Part shown: positions 25,531 through 39,400 of the stretch, one piece after another
Position numbering within the stretch: position 1 is the first letter of the stretch
How the letters are laid out: each line of letters begins with the position of its first letter
Source of the DNA: Trichoplax adhaerens
Lineage: Eukaryota > Animalia > Placozoa
Length of the DNA: 64,000 nt
Direction of reading: 5' to 3'
Assembly (NCBI RefSeq): GCF_000150275.1
Contig: NW_002060943.1
Coordinates: forward strand, 2,014,987 to 2,078,986
Notes under the pieces: generated by a model
The model's database searches: none
Told to the model about the DNA's origin: nothing
Seen by the model: only the letters and a program-made list of their open reading frames with translations
Made by a program: the position numbers and the translations under genes

Positions 25531-26270
25531 TACCCGATGACCGTTATGGTAACATGGCAACGCTGGTCTTTACGCGCACATTCAGTTTACATATTCTTCC
25601 CACATACGCGTATACGTGCATAACTGCCTATGCAAATTCTTTTTTTTTATTGACTATTACCATTACTACAGTAGGCAGCCAAATTTATCGGGTATAAATA
25701 GTCATCATTGATTTAATTTGATTTTACATGTATACATAAAAGCATCACGTTGACCATCATGCTAAATTACTACGGTCGAAGAAGCGATAGTCACATAATG
25801 CAAATGGCCACAAGTTCCCATAACAGGCTGATTCAAGCAGCCCTAGAAACCGGTACCTTGCGAAATACAGTAGCAAGGAGATCGTATCTGAACTGGACAC
25901 CAGGGTCCTTAATTTGGCATTTTTTGATCACCGTTAACTGAGCAAGGTAGCGGACAATTCGCCCAATTTTGTAATTGCCCGACAAAGGACCCTTGCTGGT
26001 TACTGTGGACAGTGGATACTATCCTTCATCTTGGATACTGGAATACTGTTCCAAACACTTCTATTCGCTATAATAATGTTATCGAGAGGATATTCGATTT
26101 TGTAATTTGTTCATTTTTGTAAATTAAGTAATATTACATTGAAATCTATTCTAATTTACTAAGTTCTACTTGAAAGCAGTCATATCAGGTCATAAATATT
26201 GTTGAATTAATAGAAGTAATTAAGAAAAATAGATACTGAAGATCTATACTAAGTAAATTACTGATTTGGG

Positions 26271-26640
26271 GAGATTTCGGCCTCATTTGGAAGAAAGAGT
26301 CTGTCCGTCCGCACCGTGTCCATGCCATACAGTTAAGAGACTTAACTCTGTAATACTGTACAGTGTACAGTATGGCCCAGTCCGATGATGAGATTTCGGC
26401 CTCATTTGGAAGAAAGCGTCTGTCCATCCGCACCGTGTCCATGCCATACAGAGACTTAACTCTACAGTACTATACTGTACAGTGTACAGTACAGTACAGT
26501 ACTGTATGGTCCAGTCCGATGATGAGATTTCGGCCTCATTTGGAAGAAGGAGTCTGTCCATCCGCACCGTGTCCATTCCATACAGTTAAGAAACTTAACT
26601 CTACTGTACAGTGTACAGTATGGTCCAGTTTGATGGTACT
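26271..26640. repeat. GC-richer tandem repeat, 3 copies of ~120-135 bp, just upstream of CTR9 copy A
   Basis: gagatttcggcctcatttggaagaa.g.gtctgtcc.tccgcaccgtgtccat at 26271, 26390 and 26524. Confidence 0.92.
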
Positions 26641-26844
26641 GTACTCAATACTGTACCGGGTCTCTTCCGCATACTGTACAGCACAGTATGCGTATACCGC
26701 TCAAATCGTTATTCACTCAGTATAGGTAAAACGACCATCCTTTACAGTATAATATGAGAGACTACAGTCAGGGACTACAGTGTACAGTACTCCACTAAAA
26801 AGATTTTCCCTCTCCTAGGAACATTGACTGAAAGGTACGGTGGT

Positions 26845-26856
26845 TACGCATGCGCG
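26845..26856. promoter_or_regulatory. Candidate NRF1-type element about 25 nt upstream of the CTR9-A start codon
   Basis: TACGCATGCGCG (reverse complement CGCGCATGCGTA) resembles the palindromic GCGCATGCGC consensus and is rare in AT-rich DNA. Confidence 0.35.
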
Positions 26857-26880
26857 ATAATTCTACCTCTAAAAATCAAA

Positions 26881-29800
26881 ATGGCTGGAACGACTTCTGT
26901 TGAGATTCCTTTACACGATTCCGATGAGGTAAACGAGTAATTTTGCTTAATTATGATTCCAACGACCTCGATTTTACCTTTTATTCTTCGATCTGTCTTT
27001 CATGCCAATGCTATTAGTCGTAGCAGTAACAAGAACGACAGAATACGATTCCGTTATTCTAATGTTTGAGAATGTAGTCAACACGAATGGATGCATATTG
27101 TATCAACGCAGTAATGCGGTTTCAGTCATCAAAATTAGCATAGTCTAAACTAGTCTAAACATCAGTTTTGAATTGCTTATTTACACTATACTAGATTGAT
27201 TGTGTACTAATAGAAAGCTATCTTTTGCAATGCACGGATTAAAGTCCTCATTTTGTAGCTGGAGTTTATTTAAAACATAGACAATGTCATTCAACCGGTT
27301 ACATACTGTACAACTCCCCATGATAGGTAATCGAATTGGATTTCGATCAACTTCCTGATGGTGGTGAATGCCTCGCAATCCTGAAAGAAGAAAGACCCCA
27401 ACTTCGTATATGGAATGTTCTAGCTGTAAGTAGGATTGATTTAGTTGATCGAATGGTGATATACGACAACATTGATCTTATCCTACCCATAATTGAGTAA
27501 CTTTTTTTTACAAGTTTTCGTTGATTCTTCATGCAATTGACGTACTGTATTCTCAGCAATTTGTTGTGAAACGTTTTCCTCCTTACCTTACTTGTTTACA
27601 AGATTAAATCCTCTTTTGTTTATCATTGCATTTGTGCAGCAACAGTATTACAAACTAGGAGAGCAAGATGCTTTCTTGTCTATGTTGGAAACTGCTACGA
27701 CAGGTTAGTAAATTGCTGTGTTATACTGTAAATGCTCTTTGTCTCCTTGTGTTTGTAATAGTATGGATTAATGATACGTTCATAAATGGCAGAAGCGACA
27801 ATGAGCTACGACGATAGCGATAAAGACTTGATGACAACTTTAGATAGTTTAGCCAACTACTACGTAGAATTGGGCAAAAAAGCAAATAATAAAGATCTAA
27901 CGAGAGATTATTTTGCCAAGGTTGGGTTGCATTACACTGTATAGTGTATATCTTGATTAATTAAAAATTCATTTTTGGCAATAGTTATTAGTGCTATAAT
28001 TTTTCTACAAGCGGCTCAGAATTCATAAACTAAAAATTTCGCTTATATTTACTAAATGAATATCTACTGTTAAATTACTTGTGTAGGCCGCTCAATTGTT
28101 TGGTAAAGGCGACAAAATTATCATGCATCACGAGGTTATTTCTTGTTTCTCATCGGCAAATAATTTGCGTATTCATCGATCGCTAGAATTCAGCGTCATT
28201 GAAATAATTCCACAATCTATCACTATAATCTCATTGTTTCTATTTGTTTCTATTTTAATTGATATTAAAATCGTGATTGATGAGATGTGTGTAATAATAG
28301 GGGCATTTAGTAAGTCGTGGATGTTTTTACCTGGCTGATGGAAAATTGGAACAAGCTGAAACACAATTCAATTTCGTTCTGACGCAAGTAAATTCATAGC
28401 ATAGTAATGATATTGATATTATTGGTCTTTAGGTTACATCCATGTCTTACTAAAAGCAGTAATAGCGGTGCAATATATTAAACTATGTTATTATTACCCT
28501 TCCCTTATTCCAGTTAAACAAGCAAAATCCTCCAGCCTTATTAGGTATTGTTATGCTGGATAATATGAATGCCTTCATATTTATACTGTAAAAATGGTCT
28601 ATTAAATTTACTTGCATGCCGGAAAAATTTTTATTACTATAGGCAAAGCTAGTATACTTTTCAGTCGAAAGGATTATAACGGTGCTCTTAGCCTATATAA
28701 AGAAGTTTTAAAATTAAAGCCGGAGACATGTCGAGGTATTAACGTGTATCACTTTTGATACTTGAATACCGTATTGTTTTGTATGCAATCGATATGTTTA
28801 ACACCCGCTTTATTATCAACTTTACAGCTGATGTTCGTCTAGGAATTGGACATTGCTATGCAAAGCTAAACAAACTCAACTTGGCAAGGTAAGCCTGAGT
28901 CTTTAACCACATTTACTGATCTCATGAGATATACATAAAGTGGCACAGTTGCTAAAGTATAACCAATAAACGTTATAATAATGCTATTATCTTTTATATA
29001 TTTTCACTGACAAAAAATTTCGTAGGCGAGCATTCGAAAGAGCATTACAACTCGATCCTAGATGTGTTGGAGCGATGGTTGCTTTAGCTGTTTTGGAACT
29101 GAACAATAACAGGGTAAATGCAATAGTTCTATTTTATTTACGGTTAATTCAAATTCGAATTTGCTAATTTCGGTAATGACAAATTTAGAAACGATAATAT
29201 ACATGATAAGTTTGATATGATGCATAAATGTGCAGTATTTACACTTAACATTTAAAAATTTTTTATAGGCTGAATCTATTAGGAATGGGGTTGATTTATT
29301 ATCACGTGCTTATACAATCGATCAAACAAACGCTATGGTGTTGAATCACCTAGCCAACCATTTCTTCTATAAAAAAGATTTTAATAAAGTTCAACATTTA
29401 GCTCTACATGCTTTCCATAGTACGAACGTCGAACCTATCCAAGCCGAAAGCTGCTATCAACTAGCTAGAGTTTTCCATTCGATGCAAGATTACGATCAAG
29501 CTTTTAAATATTATTATCAAGCTACTCAATTTGCCGATAGTAATTACGTTTTACCACATTTTGGTCTTGGCCAATTATATCTTGCTCGTAATGATCCAAC
29601 TAATGCAGCTAGTTCATTTGAAAAAGTACTTAAAGTCCAGAGTGATAACTATGAAAGTATGAAAATTTTAGGATCTATATATGCACGCTCTAATAACGAA
29701 GAAAAGCGAGAAAGAGCTAAAATTTTATTACAAAAAGCAACCACTCAACATCCTGACGACATAGAAGCTTGGATTGAATTAGCAGGTATACTAGAAGGTT

Positions 29801-32797
29801 CAGATATTCAAGGGGCACTTTCAGCATATGGTACATCTTCACGACTTTTACAAGAGACTCTTGAAACCGATACACCTCCAGAAATATTAAACAATGTAGC
29901 CGCGTTACACTTCAAGTTAGGTAATCTATTAGAAGCTATGAAAAACTTTAGTGCCGCATTGGAACGAGCTAAATTAGAAGCAAACGAATCAACCGAAGGT
30001 TCATCTTATTTCAATACTATATCAGTTACTATAACATATAACGTCGCTCGTTTACACGAAGCATTGTGTGAACATGATGAAGCAGAAAAGTTATATAAGC
30101 AAATCCTTAAAGATCATCCTAATTATATCGATTGTTATCTTCGATTGGGATGTATGGCTCGCGATAAGGGTCACTTTTATGAAGCTTCAGATTGGTACAC
30201 CGAAGCACTTGTTATAGAAAGGGAGCATAAAGATACATGGTCTTTAATTGGAAATTTACACATGATGAAGCAAGAATGGGGTCCGGCCCAGAAAAAGTAC
30301 GAGCGTATTTTAAATCAAAACAAAGACGATACTTACGGTCTTGTAGCTATGGGAAATATATGGTTACAGACATTATATCAACCTACAAAGGACCCAGACA
30401 AGGTTTTAAAAATCGCGAGTTGTAATGAAATATTAATACCTACTGTATTTTAATAAGAGCCATATTGATGTTACTTATTTTTTATATTATACTAGAATAG
30501 ACGTCATCGCGATCGCGCGTTGAGTCTATATAAGCAGGTAATTCGACTCGATCCACGAAATATTTATGCCGCTAATGGTATCGGTGCCGTATTAGCACAG
30601 AGTAGTTTTCATCAAGAATCTCGAGAAATTTTTGCTCAGGTAGATTAATATAGAATTATTGATTTGTAATTTAATAAGTTTACAAAGTTTTGAAGTTAAC
30701 ATACAATGTATTACTGTACTTTTAATAGGTCCGCGAAGCTACTGCCGACATGTTCGACGTATGGCTAAATCTCGCTCATGTTTACACTGAACAGAAGCAA
30801 TATTCGACAGCAATTCAAATGGTACTCAATAATTTAGCATTGCTATATCGAGTTTGATAGTGACGAAGATGAAAATTAGTGTCATTTTAGTATTGCGAAA
30901 ATTTAACCAGCTATGTGATGTAATTTCTTTTAGTATCAGAACTGTATCAAGAGGTTCGGAAAGAATCAAAGTACGGAAGTACTGCTATATCTAGCTAGAG
31001 TATTCTTTAAGGATGGTAGATTACAAAATTGTAAAAGTGCTCTTGTTAAGGTAATAAACAATTGCTCGATCATGTTTGTACAATGCAATTGCTATAGATT
31101 CGAAATTGTAATAGCCTTTGACGCTTTTAAAAATAATGGATTAAAATTTAATTACAACCTTAGGCCTGCCACGTTGCCCCGCAGGAAACTCTACTCTTGT
31201 TTGACGTTTGCTTAGTCTTACAGCGTATAGCAACAGTTTCTCTAAAAGATGAAAATAGTAACCTCAAGGACGTTCAAGAAGCTGTTGATCAACTAAAATT
31301 AGCTCACAGGTGCTGCCATTGAGTAAAAATAATTCTTACATAATGTAATTGCTAACGATTCTTAAATTTACAGATACTTTACATTTTTGAGTAAAGTCGG
31401 AGACAAATCGAAATTCGATCTTAATCAGGCTCAATTGGAAGCACGGTATAGTTTATAATAAATACAGTGTATAGAATTAATATTGGTGTCAGTAATTAAG
31501 AAAATCCTTTCTTTTACTTGGTATCACAGCCAATGTGTAGATCTATTAAGCCAGGCTAAGTATCATGTGTCCAGGGCAAAGAAGAAGCAAGATGAAGAAC
31601 TTGAATTAATTCGTAAGCAGGAGGAAGAACACCAAGCCTATCTAGAGAAAAGAAAGGCTGAAGAGGTTGGTTTGATTACCGTGAACCACATTCTAGTTTG
31701 TTGCCAAGAGTAATTTAAATGTTCAAATAGATACAACGCCAAAAAGAAGAGGAAGTAAAGAACAAGTCCATTAATGAAAAACGTAGCCAATTTATTGAAG
31801 CGACCAAGAAACTCTTAGTTTTTGAAGCGGATACTTCTAGTGCTGCGAAAATTTCGGGTCGCCGAGCTAAGGTATGAATACTTTAGATAATGTAGCTCGA
31901 GCTCATATAACTGTTGTCCGATGCAGATACTGTATGTAACGTTAAATAATTTTATTGCTCTTGATCAAAGAAACAAGATGACGATTTCATAAGTGATGGA
32001 GAGCAGAGTGAAGAAGACGTTACTGAACCTAAGCCTAAACGGTATCTTCTAAGTTTAATTTTAATCTATTTGTGTAAGTATTTAGGCGATTAATATTATT
32101 TTATGCTCATAATAGCAAAAAAGCGAAAGACAAAGGTGTTCGAGTCAAAAAACGACCGCGAAAACGTAAAGCACCGGCTGCAGTCAAGGAAAGGTCTGCC
32201 AGAAAAAAACGTAAAGCTATTTCAAAAGAAATTATTTCGGATATCTCAGATAGTTCTGACGCTGATGACTCCGGACAGTTACATATTGTTGGTGAAGATG
32301 AGTGAGTTTTAATGACGTTAATGATATGAATTAAAAAGTTGATATTATAGCTGCCTTAGATTTTACCTTAGAAAGAAGATTGTTGTGCTAAATCTTTTCC
32401 TATTTCTGTATATATAATAAATAGAGAGGAATCAGATAAATCTAATCTTTCGGATGAAAAGGAAGCAAGTTTTTCTGAAGAAGAAGATGAAGATGATGAT
32501 GAAGTAGATTTTTCGCCACCGAAGGAAACGTCTACCAAGAGAAGGCAACGTAATATGATAGCAGAAACGGTGGATGAATCAAGCTTGTTAGGTGATGAAG
32601 ACGAAAATGTAGCACCATCTGTTAGAAAATCTCTTAGGGCAACTACAAATGCATTATTCTCATCTTCGTAAGTATCATTATAAAATATCGAATATTTTCT
32701 TTATACCTTCGGCTAATATTAATTTGTAGTCGTATTACTGAAGATAAGTTGGTAATGTTATATTATGCAATGCATTTACTTTAGGGATGAGGGTTAA
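26881..32797 (+). CDS. CTR9: RNA polymerase-associated protein CTR9 homologue (PAF1 complex, TPR), copy A, about 20 exons
   Basis: N-terminus [16 protein letters not shown]|[66 protein letters not shown] and [17 protein letters not shown]; basic and acidic tail; GT-AG introns. Confidence 0.95.
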
Positions 32798-33238
32798 TAT
32801 GATCACAAAGTCCAATAACATCACCTTAGAATGCTAGAGTATCCTATCGTTCATTCATCCATCATGACGATCTTGAATTATTGGCTAATAAAAGTTATGA
32901 GCTATTGCCGTGCGAATATTACATGACTGTAAAAAATCCATTGCATGAAAAGTGGGTATTTTTATTTTTAAATTTTCATGGGTAAATTGCTTGAATTGAT
33001 ATCAAACCTACCGATAAGTAAGAATGATATCATCAACATACGAGGTAAACTTTGACTGCGATAACTTGTGCTTTGTGCCGTGGATCGACCACTTCTTAGT
33101 TTTTAGATATTTTTAAATGAAACCCCCACTAAATACGCAAATATCAATGTCGCGTTGTGGTAAGCAGCAGCCATATTGGTAAATATTGCAATAATAAATA
33201 CGTGTATCTTTTAAATGGAATAGAATGCAAACATTCGA

Positions 33239-33263
33239 TATATATATATATATATATATATAT
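33239..33263. repeat. (TA)n microsatellite
   Basis: About 12 TA units. Confidence 0.95.
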
Positions 33264-33770
33264 AGTATTTAAAACTTAAATTTTATGAGGTAAATATTTG
33301 TAAAAAGCATGAAACTCAATCTTGTATCACTGTCTGTAAAAAATTGTGCACTTTTGTCGTTATAAAGTTCTTATTCATTTGTGAACTTGATGTATTTGCT
33401 CTTATTACTGATCTATATTTTCCGTATCTTCCTTCTATTATGGTAGCACGTATTGTTAAAGATTGTAGCATACCTTGATTACTTTTATAGAGCTACGCAA
33501 TATTATAATGTCTGACAAAATGAGTAATTTATATCTACAATCTGATGTAGCTCTTCAATTGAAATACGCAATAAAATTTGGCACCTATAGATATTTTATA
33601 ATACATATCATAATGATTTATTGATAGTCTGCGCGTATTATTTTACCAACAGAAAAATTCTCTTTCAATCTTCAATTTAAGCTTCACAAATGCTTCACTA
33701 ATAGTAAAGATTTTTTTTAAATCTCCATTTTTAGCGTCACAGTCTATGTCATAATTAAGCATATAATTAG

Positions 33771-33837
33771 CACTATGGTACAAATTCGGCAACATGGAGT
33801 ATGATATACTCCATGTTGCCGAATTTTGTCCATAGTG
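33771..33837. repeat. Near-perfect inverted repeat, 32-nt arms, 3-nt loop
   Basis: cactatggtacaaattcggcaacatggagtat-gat-atactccatgttgccgaattttgtccatagtg; the inner 21 bp pair perfectly. Confidence 0.92.
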
Positions 33838-34424
33838 TATAATACGTAGAATCATGGGCGCTCTTAAATATTTTCAAAGCAATAAAGACCTCTTTAAATC
33901 TCCATTTTTAGTTTCATAATCCCTATAGTAGCGGAGTGTAAGTAGAAGACTCATGCAGAAAAGATCAATTAGAATTTCATTTCATTTCATGTTGAACTTC
34001 ATGTGCATTGCTCATGCAGAGGAAGTCTTTACTGTACTAATCATTGCACTGAAGTTATAAATAGTTTCTATGCTGGTGCAATGCTGCAGACTATATCTTA
34101 TTCTGTACAAGTTTACTAAACCTTAATTAAGTTAGGCCTATGAACTTAAGATAAAAATCTGCATTTATTATAATATTTAAAAAGGTCCGTGTAAGCTAGT
34201 CTGTCATTAGCCACCGTTTTCATTACAACTCAATGAATTAAATCTCCATTTTTAGCTTGATGAGAGCCGTGTATAGTCGTTATATTTTTATCATACATAG
34301 TACAGTAAGGTATTGCAAGATTTTTCAATATATTGCATTATTTTACTGTTATTAAAAAAGATTGCTACATGGTGACTTTTGACGAAATCTCCTATGTTAG
34401 TAATATCTAGTAATACGCGTACAA

Positions 34425-34712
34425 TTTAGGCGGATTACTCCAGTCTACCGTTGAGCTTTTTTTTCTCCTTTACTCATAATAATTTACAATTAACAGAATC
34501 CCGTCTTACTTGTATAGTGCTTTTGTATTTAATTATCGGAATACTAGCCCATTCGACTTTAAATAAATTATATTAGGCGGATTGCTCTAGTCTACCGTTG
34601 AGCTTTTTGCTCCTTTGCTCATAATAATTTGCAAGTAGCAGAATCCCGTCTTACTTGTATAGTGCTTTTGTATTTATTTGTCGGAATACTAGCTCATTCA
34701 ACTTATAAATCG
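34425..34712. repeat. Direct tandem duplication, 2 x ~148 bp
   Basis: ttaggcggatt...gtctaccgttgagcttttt...cagaatcccgtcttacttgtatagtgcttttgtattta..tcggaatactagc at about 34426 and 34574. Confidence 0.9.
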
Positions 34713-35149
34713 ATTAATAATAATAGTACAGTATATTTAGCAGTCCAAACAGCACATCTACGCAAAATATGACGAGTGAGACATTATCCGTATACCTTGG
34801 TAAAAGGTTCGAAATCTTTCCAATACAACTGCGTTTTCTGATACCGCATATCAAAGAAATGGACAGCAAACAGGATTTGTAGGGAAATCAAAAACGTTGA
34901 TAGGAATTACTACAGCATAACCAGCACTTTTGTTGCACCGGGATAGAAGCCATTTTATTGCAATTTTTTACAGTCAATCCAATTGTAGGCCAAGTGAATC
35001 AAACGGTAGAAGGCATTTTAATGCTCAATATCGAATTTATTCATCCTAAAGACAATTTTTGGATCAATAATATAATGTAACTTTTTTTATAGTTAATCCG
35101 GTAGAGTATGGTAAACTAAGCAGGTTCTACTGTTTTACAGTAAAATACA

Positions 35150-35960
35150 AAAATAGATTGAGCAGGGGCCAGTAAGTGAAAGAAATGGATTAAGTAGACC
35201 AAATGGTATAAGGCATTTTATTGCCCAATTTTTCAATGATCTACAGTCACTTTTCTAGTTATTCTAATGGTAGTCAAAACGGACCAGTAAAGAAAGGAAT
35301 GGACTAAGTAGATCAAATAGTATAAGGTATTTGATTGCCCAATTTTTCAATGATCTACAGTTAATCTGTTGCACTGTAATGGTAGACAAAGCAGACCCGT
35401 CAATGAAAGAAATGGACAAAGTCTATCAAATAATTTAAGGCATTTTATTGCCCAATTTTCAATGGTCTACAGTCACTTTTTTTTTATTGTTAATCTAATG
35501 AGAGACAGAGCAGACCAGTAAAAGAAAGAAATGGACTAAGTCGATCAAATAGTATAAGGCATTTTATTGCCTCATTTTTCAATGGTCAACTTTCACTTCT
35601 TTTTACACTTAATCTACGGTCATGGTAGACAGAGCAGACCAGTAAAAGAAAGTAGTGGATCAAGCGAGCCAAATCCTAGGTACAATTGATTTGATTCGGT
35701 ATAAGCAATAAGGTATTTCAATCTGTTGTACTGTAATGGTAGACAAAGCAGACCAGTAAATGAAAGAAATGGACTAAGTCGATCAAATAGTTTAAGGCAT
35801 TTTATTGCCTCATTTTTCAATGGTCAACTTTCACTTTTTTTTACACTTAATCAACAGTAATGGTAGACAGAGCAGATCAGTAAAAGAAAGTAGTGGATCA
35901 AGCGAGCCAAATCCTAGGTACAATTGATTTAGTTCGGTATAAGCAATAAGGAATTTCATT
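35150..35960. repeat. Minisatellite, ~115-120-bp unit, about 7 copies with a ~240-bp higher-order duplication, upstream of CTR9 copy B
   Basis: gaccagtaaa..aaagaaatggactaagt.gatcaaatagtataaggcattttattgcc recurs; 35500-35720 is nearly repeated at 35740-35955. Confidence 0.88.
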
Positions 35961-36421
35961 GCAACCATTTTGGATCAATAATTATAATTAATTAATTATT
36001 ATTACTGTATAATCAGTTTTTTTTTACACTTAATCCAATATGGAGGACCAAGCAGAAGCTACTTAGCCATTACACGGTGTACCGTCCTGTCATAGTACTG
36101 TAAGCACCACTTAGTATGCGCAGTTGCGTAGGCAGAATACACACCTGATTGCAGTAGCTCAAAAAGTCAAGTTGCCAGGTATGAAATTGAATGATTAACT
36201 GCTTGGAGCTAGTGAGAAATTGCACCAATTTTTCCCCATTTATGATTGTCGAGGAAAAGGAAAGCTCTAATATTATCGTTTCAGTTTATTCTGATAGATC
36301 AGGCTTGTATCAACTACGGTAGAAGAAGAAGGAATTATTGCGTAGTTTTGGTGGCACCACGTGCTGTCGCAATCACCGATTGAATCAATAGCGCTTACTT
36401 GGATCGAAATAAAAATCCAAA

Positions 36422-39400
36422 ATGGCTGCCGTCAACTACATTGAAATCCCCTTACGTGATTCAGATGAGGTAAATGATTGCTGTAATTTAGCTCTTTCAT
36501 TATTGTAGAGGTGTTTGTACTTATGTTCTATCTCGGTGAATGCATCGTATACGTATTAGAGATGCATTGAATAAAATATATCAGAAAAGGTTGAAATTTT
36601 CCGATACTGGATGTCATTCAATTTTGGAGAGTTATAGAATAATTATAATTCAATTCGTTCATAGTACATTCTATGCAGTCAACGGTATAGAATGATCCAT
36701 ACTTTAGCTACAGCTATGTATTCATCATAGTAATTTGGAAGTGGCTTTCTCTTATAATGGTAGACCTTCGTTCTCACTTCCCGTCCATCGATCTATCTAC
36801 GGTATCTTGATCGATTGATCATCCTGTACCAACCACGAAAGAGTATACGAGTATCCTATAGAAACATTGTAATGGATGTTCAACAGGTTTACAATCTACA
36901 AACACAAAATCATCCACGTCCATTACTAGCCAACTTGTACGATTACAGTACTGTAGATCAAAAATACCTGGTGAAATACGAATTTCTAACTAACAACGTG
37001 GCGTTAAGAAAACTCTCTCTTTTATCCGAAAGTGAAACCGTGTATTATTAACTATTCTGCAGCATTACCTTAGCAACCGTTAGTGTAAAGTTAGTCGACA
37101 AACTGTAGGGATTCATGAGCACACTTTAGAAAATCAACATAATGTATCTCAATACGGCACTATGTACTAAGAAAATTGTTCCACGTATACGCGTTGATCA
37201 TAGTTTGTGGACTAGACATAACCTTGGAAAGGCAGCTTTAGCCAACTTTGAAAGGAAGTTATTTACAACTGTAGGTATTCATTATTACGTTACTGTACTT
37301 TCTATGTATCTGAATGTATTTTAACCAGATGAGAATAATAGAGAAATTGCAATAAGTCTCCATATATTAGCTCATTACGCTTCTATGATATGTATATGTA
37401 TTATATCACATATACGAATATATGTATACGTTGGTATAGCCATAAAACTGCCAAAGAAGCTTATTGTAATTATTAACTGTAGGTATTGATTGCTATTTTA
37501 CACTCTATGCATTTTAATCAACTTTAAAGTATTACTCGTATGTGCAAAATGAGAATGATAAATATCAGCTCAGATGTCTCCATATGGCTGTAATCTTACA
37601 GTATATCAATATAGGTGTATTGTAATGGAGTTCCAGTATTTATTGTAGTTTTAAATTGCCAACCTAATGTAGCTTGATCTTGCAATTGTAGCCATTTTGC
37701 TCAACTATACGAGTCGTATCTGTTGCAGCTCATGGTGCGTAAACGTGAGAGCAACATACAATTGCCATACTTTATAAATATTGTAATGCACATGCAACGT
37801 ATTTATAATATCCGATTGATTGTACGTCCATAGTGCGCGCATTTCTGCGTCGGTAGTACAATGTAATTCTTACTATAGCAGCTTCTAATGCGGTTTTACT
37901 TTACAGCAGTAGATTTTGGGTTATTTCGTTTTAACCATAATAGTTAATCTATCAGAATCGAAATAAAGAATATATAGTATTTATTAAATACATTGCAATT
38001 ATATAGAATAAGCCTATAATCTCCGTCAACTGATCTATGTGCGGTATACTTGTTTAGTAAGACTACATTTTTAAACATATTATTCCGATCTGTAAAAATT
38101 GAATAGGTCATTGAATTAGACCTTAATCAGCTTCCTCATGGTAACGAATCGTTGGCAATCTTAAGAGAAGAACGGCCCCAATTGCGTATATGGAACATCC
38201 TTGCTGTATGTATGAGTTATTCATTGGATGGCAATTGCCCATTTACATCTCGTTCTGATAGTGTTAGCCACACAGATCTCATTACTTGATATAAATCTGT
38301 TACCGCTATTATTATCATAGATAATAACGTGTAGTTATAATTTATACTTGAACGGCAAGTGAATTAGACGCGTATATATACAGTATATTAATGTTATCCA
38401 ACGGGAATACCTTTAGCAACAATACTACAAGCACGGTCAGCAAGATGCATTTTTATCCGTATTAGAAGCCGCTGTTGAGGGTAAGTCTCAATGCTATTAC
38501 TAATTTTGAAGGAATAGTATGCAGCAACATCACGTCTTTATCAATATATCGAATAACAAAGTTAAACATATTAATAATTGCATTAAATGTATCCCATACG
38601 TTAACTAATTTTTTGGCTAATGGCAGAGGCAGTAGTAGACTATCCTGATAGTGATCGAGACTTGATGACATCATTGGATAGCTTGGCAAATTATTTTGTT
38701 GAACTAGGCAAGAAAGCTAGTAATAAAGACCTTACTAGAGAGTTTTTTGGAAAGGTTTGTTTAGTATTTATACTGCAACCATACGAGTTCGCCCAGTTTT
38801 TAAGGGCTAATTTTCTTAATTCATTTTGCTAAGGTGCATGACAGCATTGAAATCCTAACTTAAAAAAATGGCCTTTTTAAATTAAATTTTATATAGTATT
38901 AATGAGATGATTGCAATCTTTGATTACCTGTGTAGGCTGCCCTACTGTTTAGTAAAGGCGATAAAATCATCATGCATCACGAGGTTATTGATAGCTACTA
39001 ATATCGTATATAAACTGAATCGTTCATTTGCTAGTTTAAAAAAGCGTAAAAATGACTCACAGTTTGCAAACAATGCATTTCGGAAATATACAGTAGATAA
39101 CCTTATATTGTAATTCTTTTAATCCATTAACTAAATTATTAAATTCCTATACAAACTTTGCCAAAGGGCCATCTCGTAAGCCGAGGGTGGTTTTATTTAG
39201 CTGATGGAAAATTTGAACAGGCCGAAGCACAGTTTAATTTCGTTTTAACCCAAGTATGACTATTAAGCATATACGCCGAGTGAATATGCATCACGTATTT
39301 ATCTTATTGTTTCTATTTACTTGTAAAACACATAATTAAATCATCTGGACTAGACTAATTTTTATTATGTTCCTATCCCTTATAGCTGAATAAAAAGAAC

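Noticed and set aside
26185-26725. ORFs across the GC-rich repeat
   Set aside because: Translations simply mirror the DNA repeat on both strands. No hammerhead CTGANGA core or convincing C/D box pair was found.
33643-33855. ORF with AKNGDL resembling an ankyrin repeat
   Set aside because: It derives from the 17-mer and the hairpin; no TPLH-type consensus or 33-aa period.
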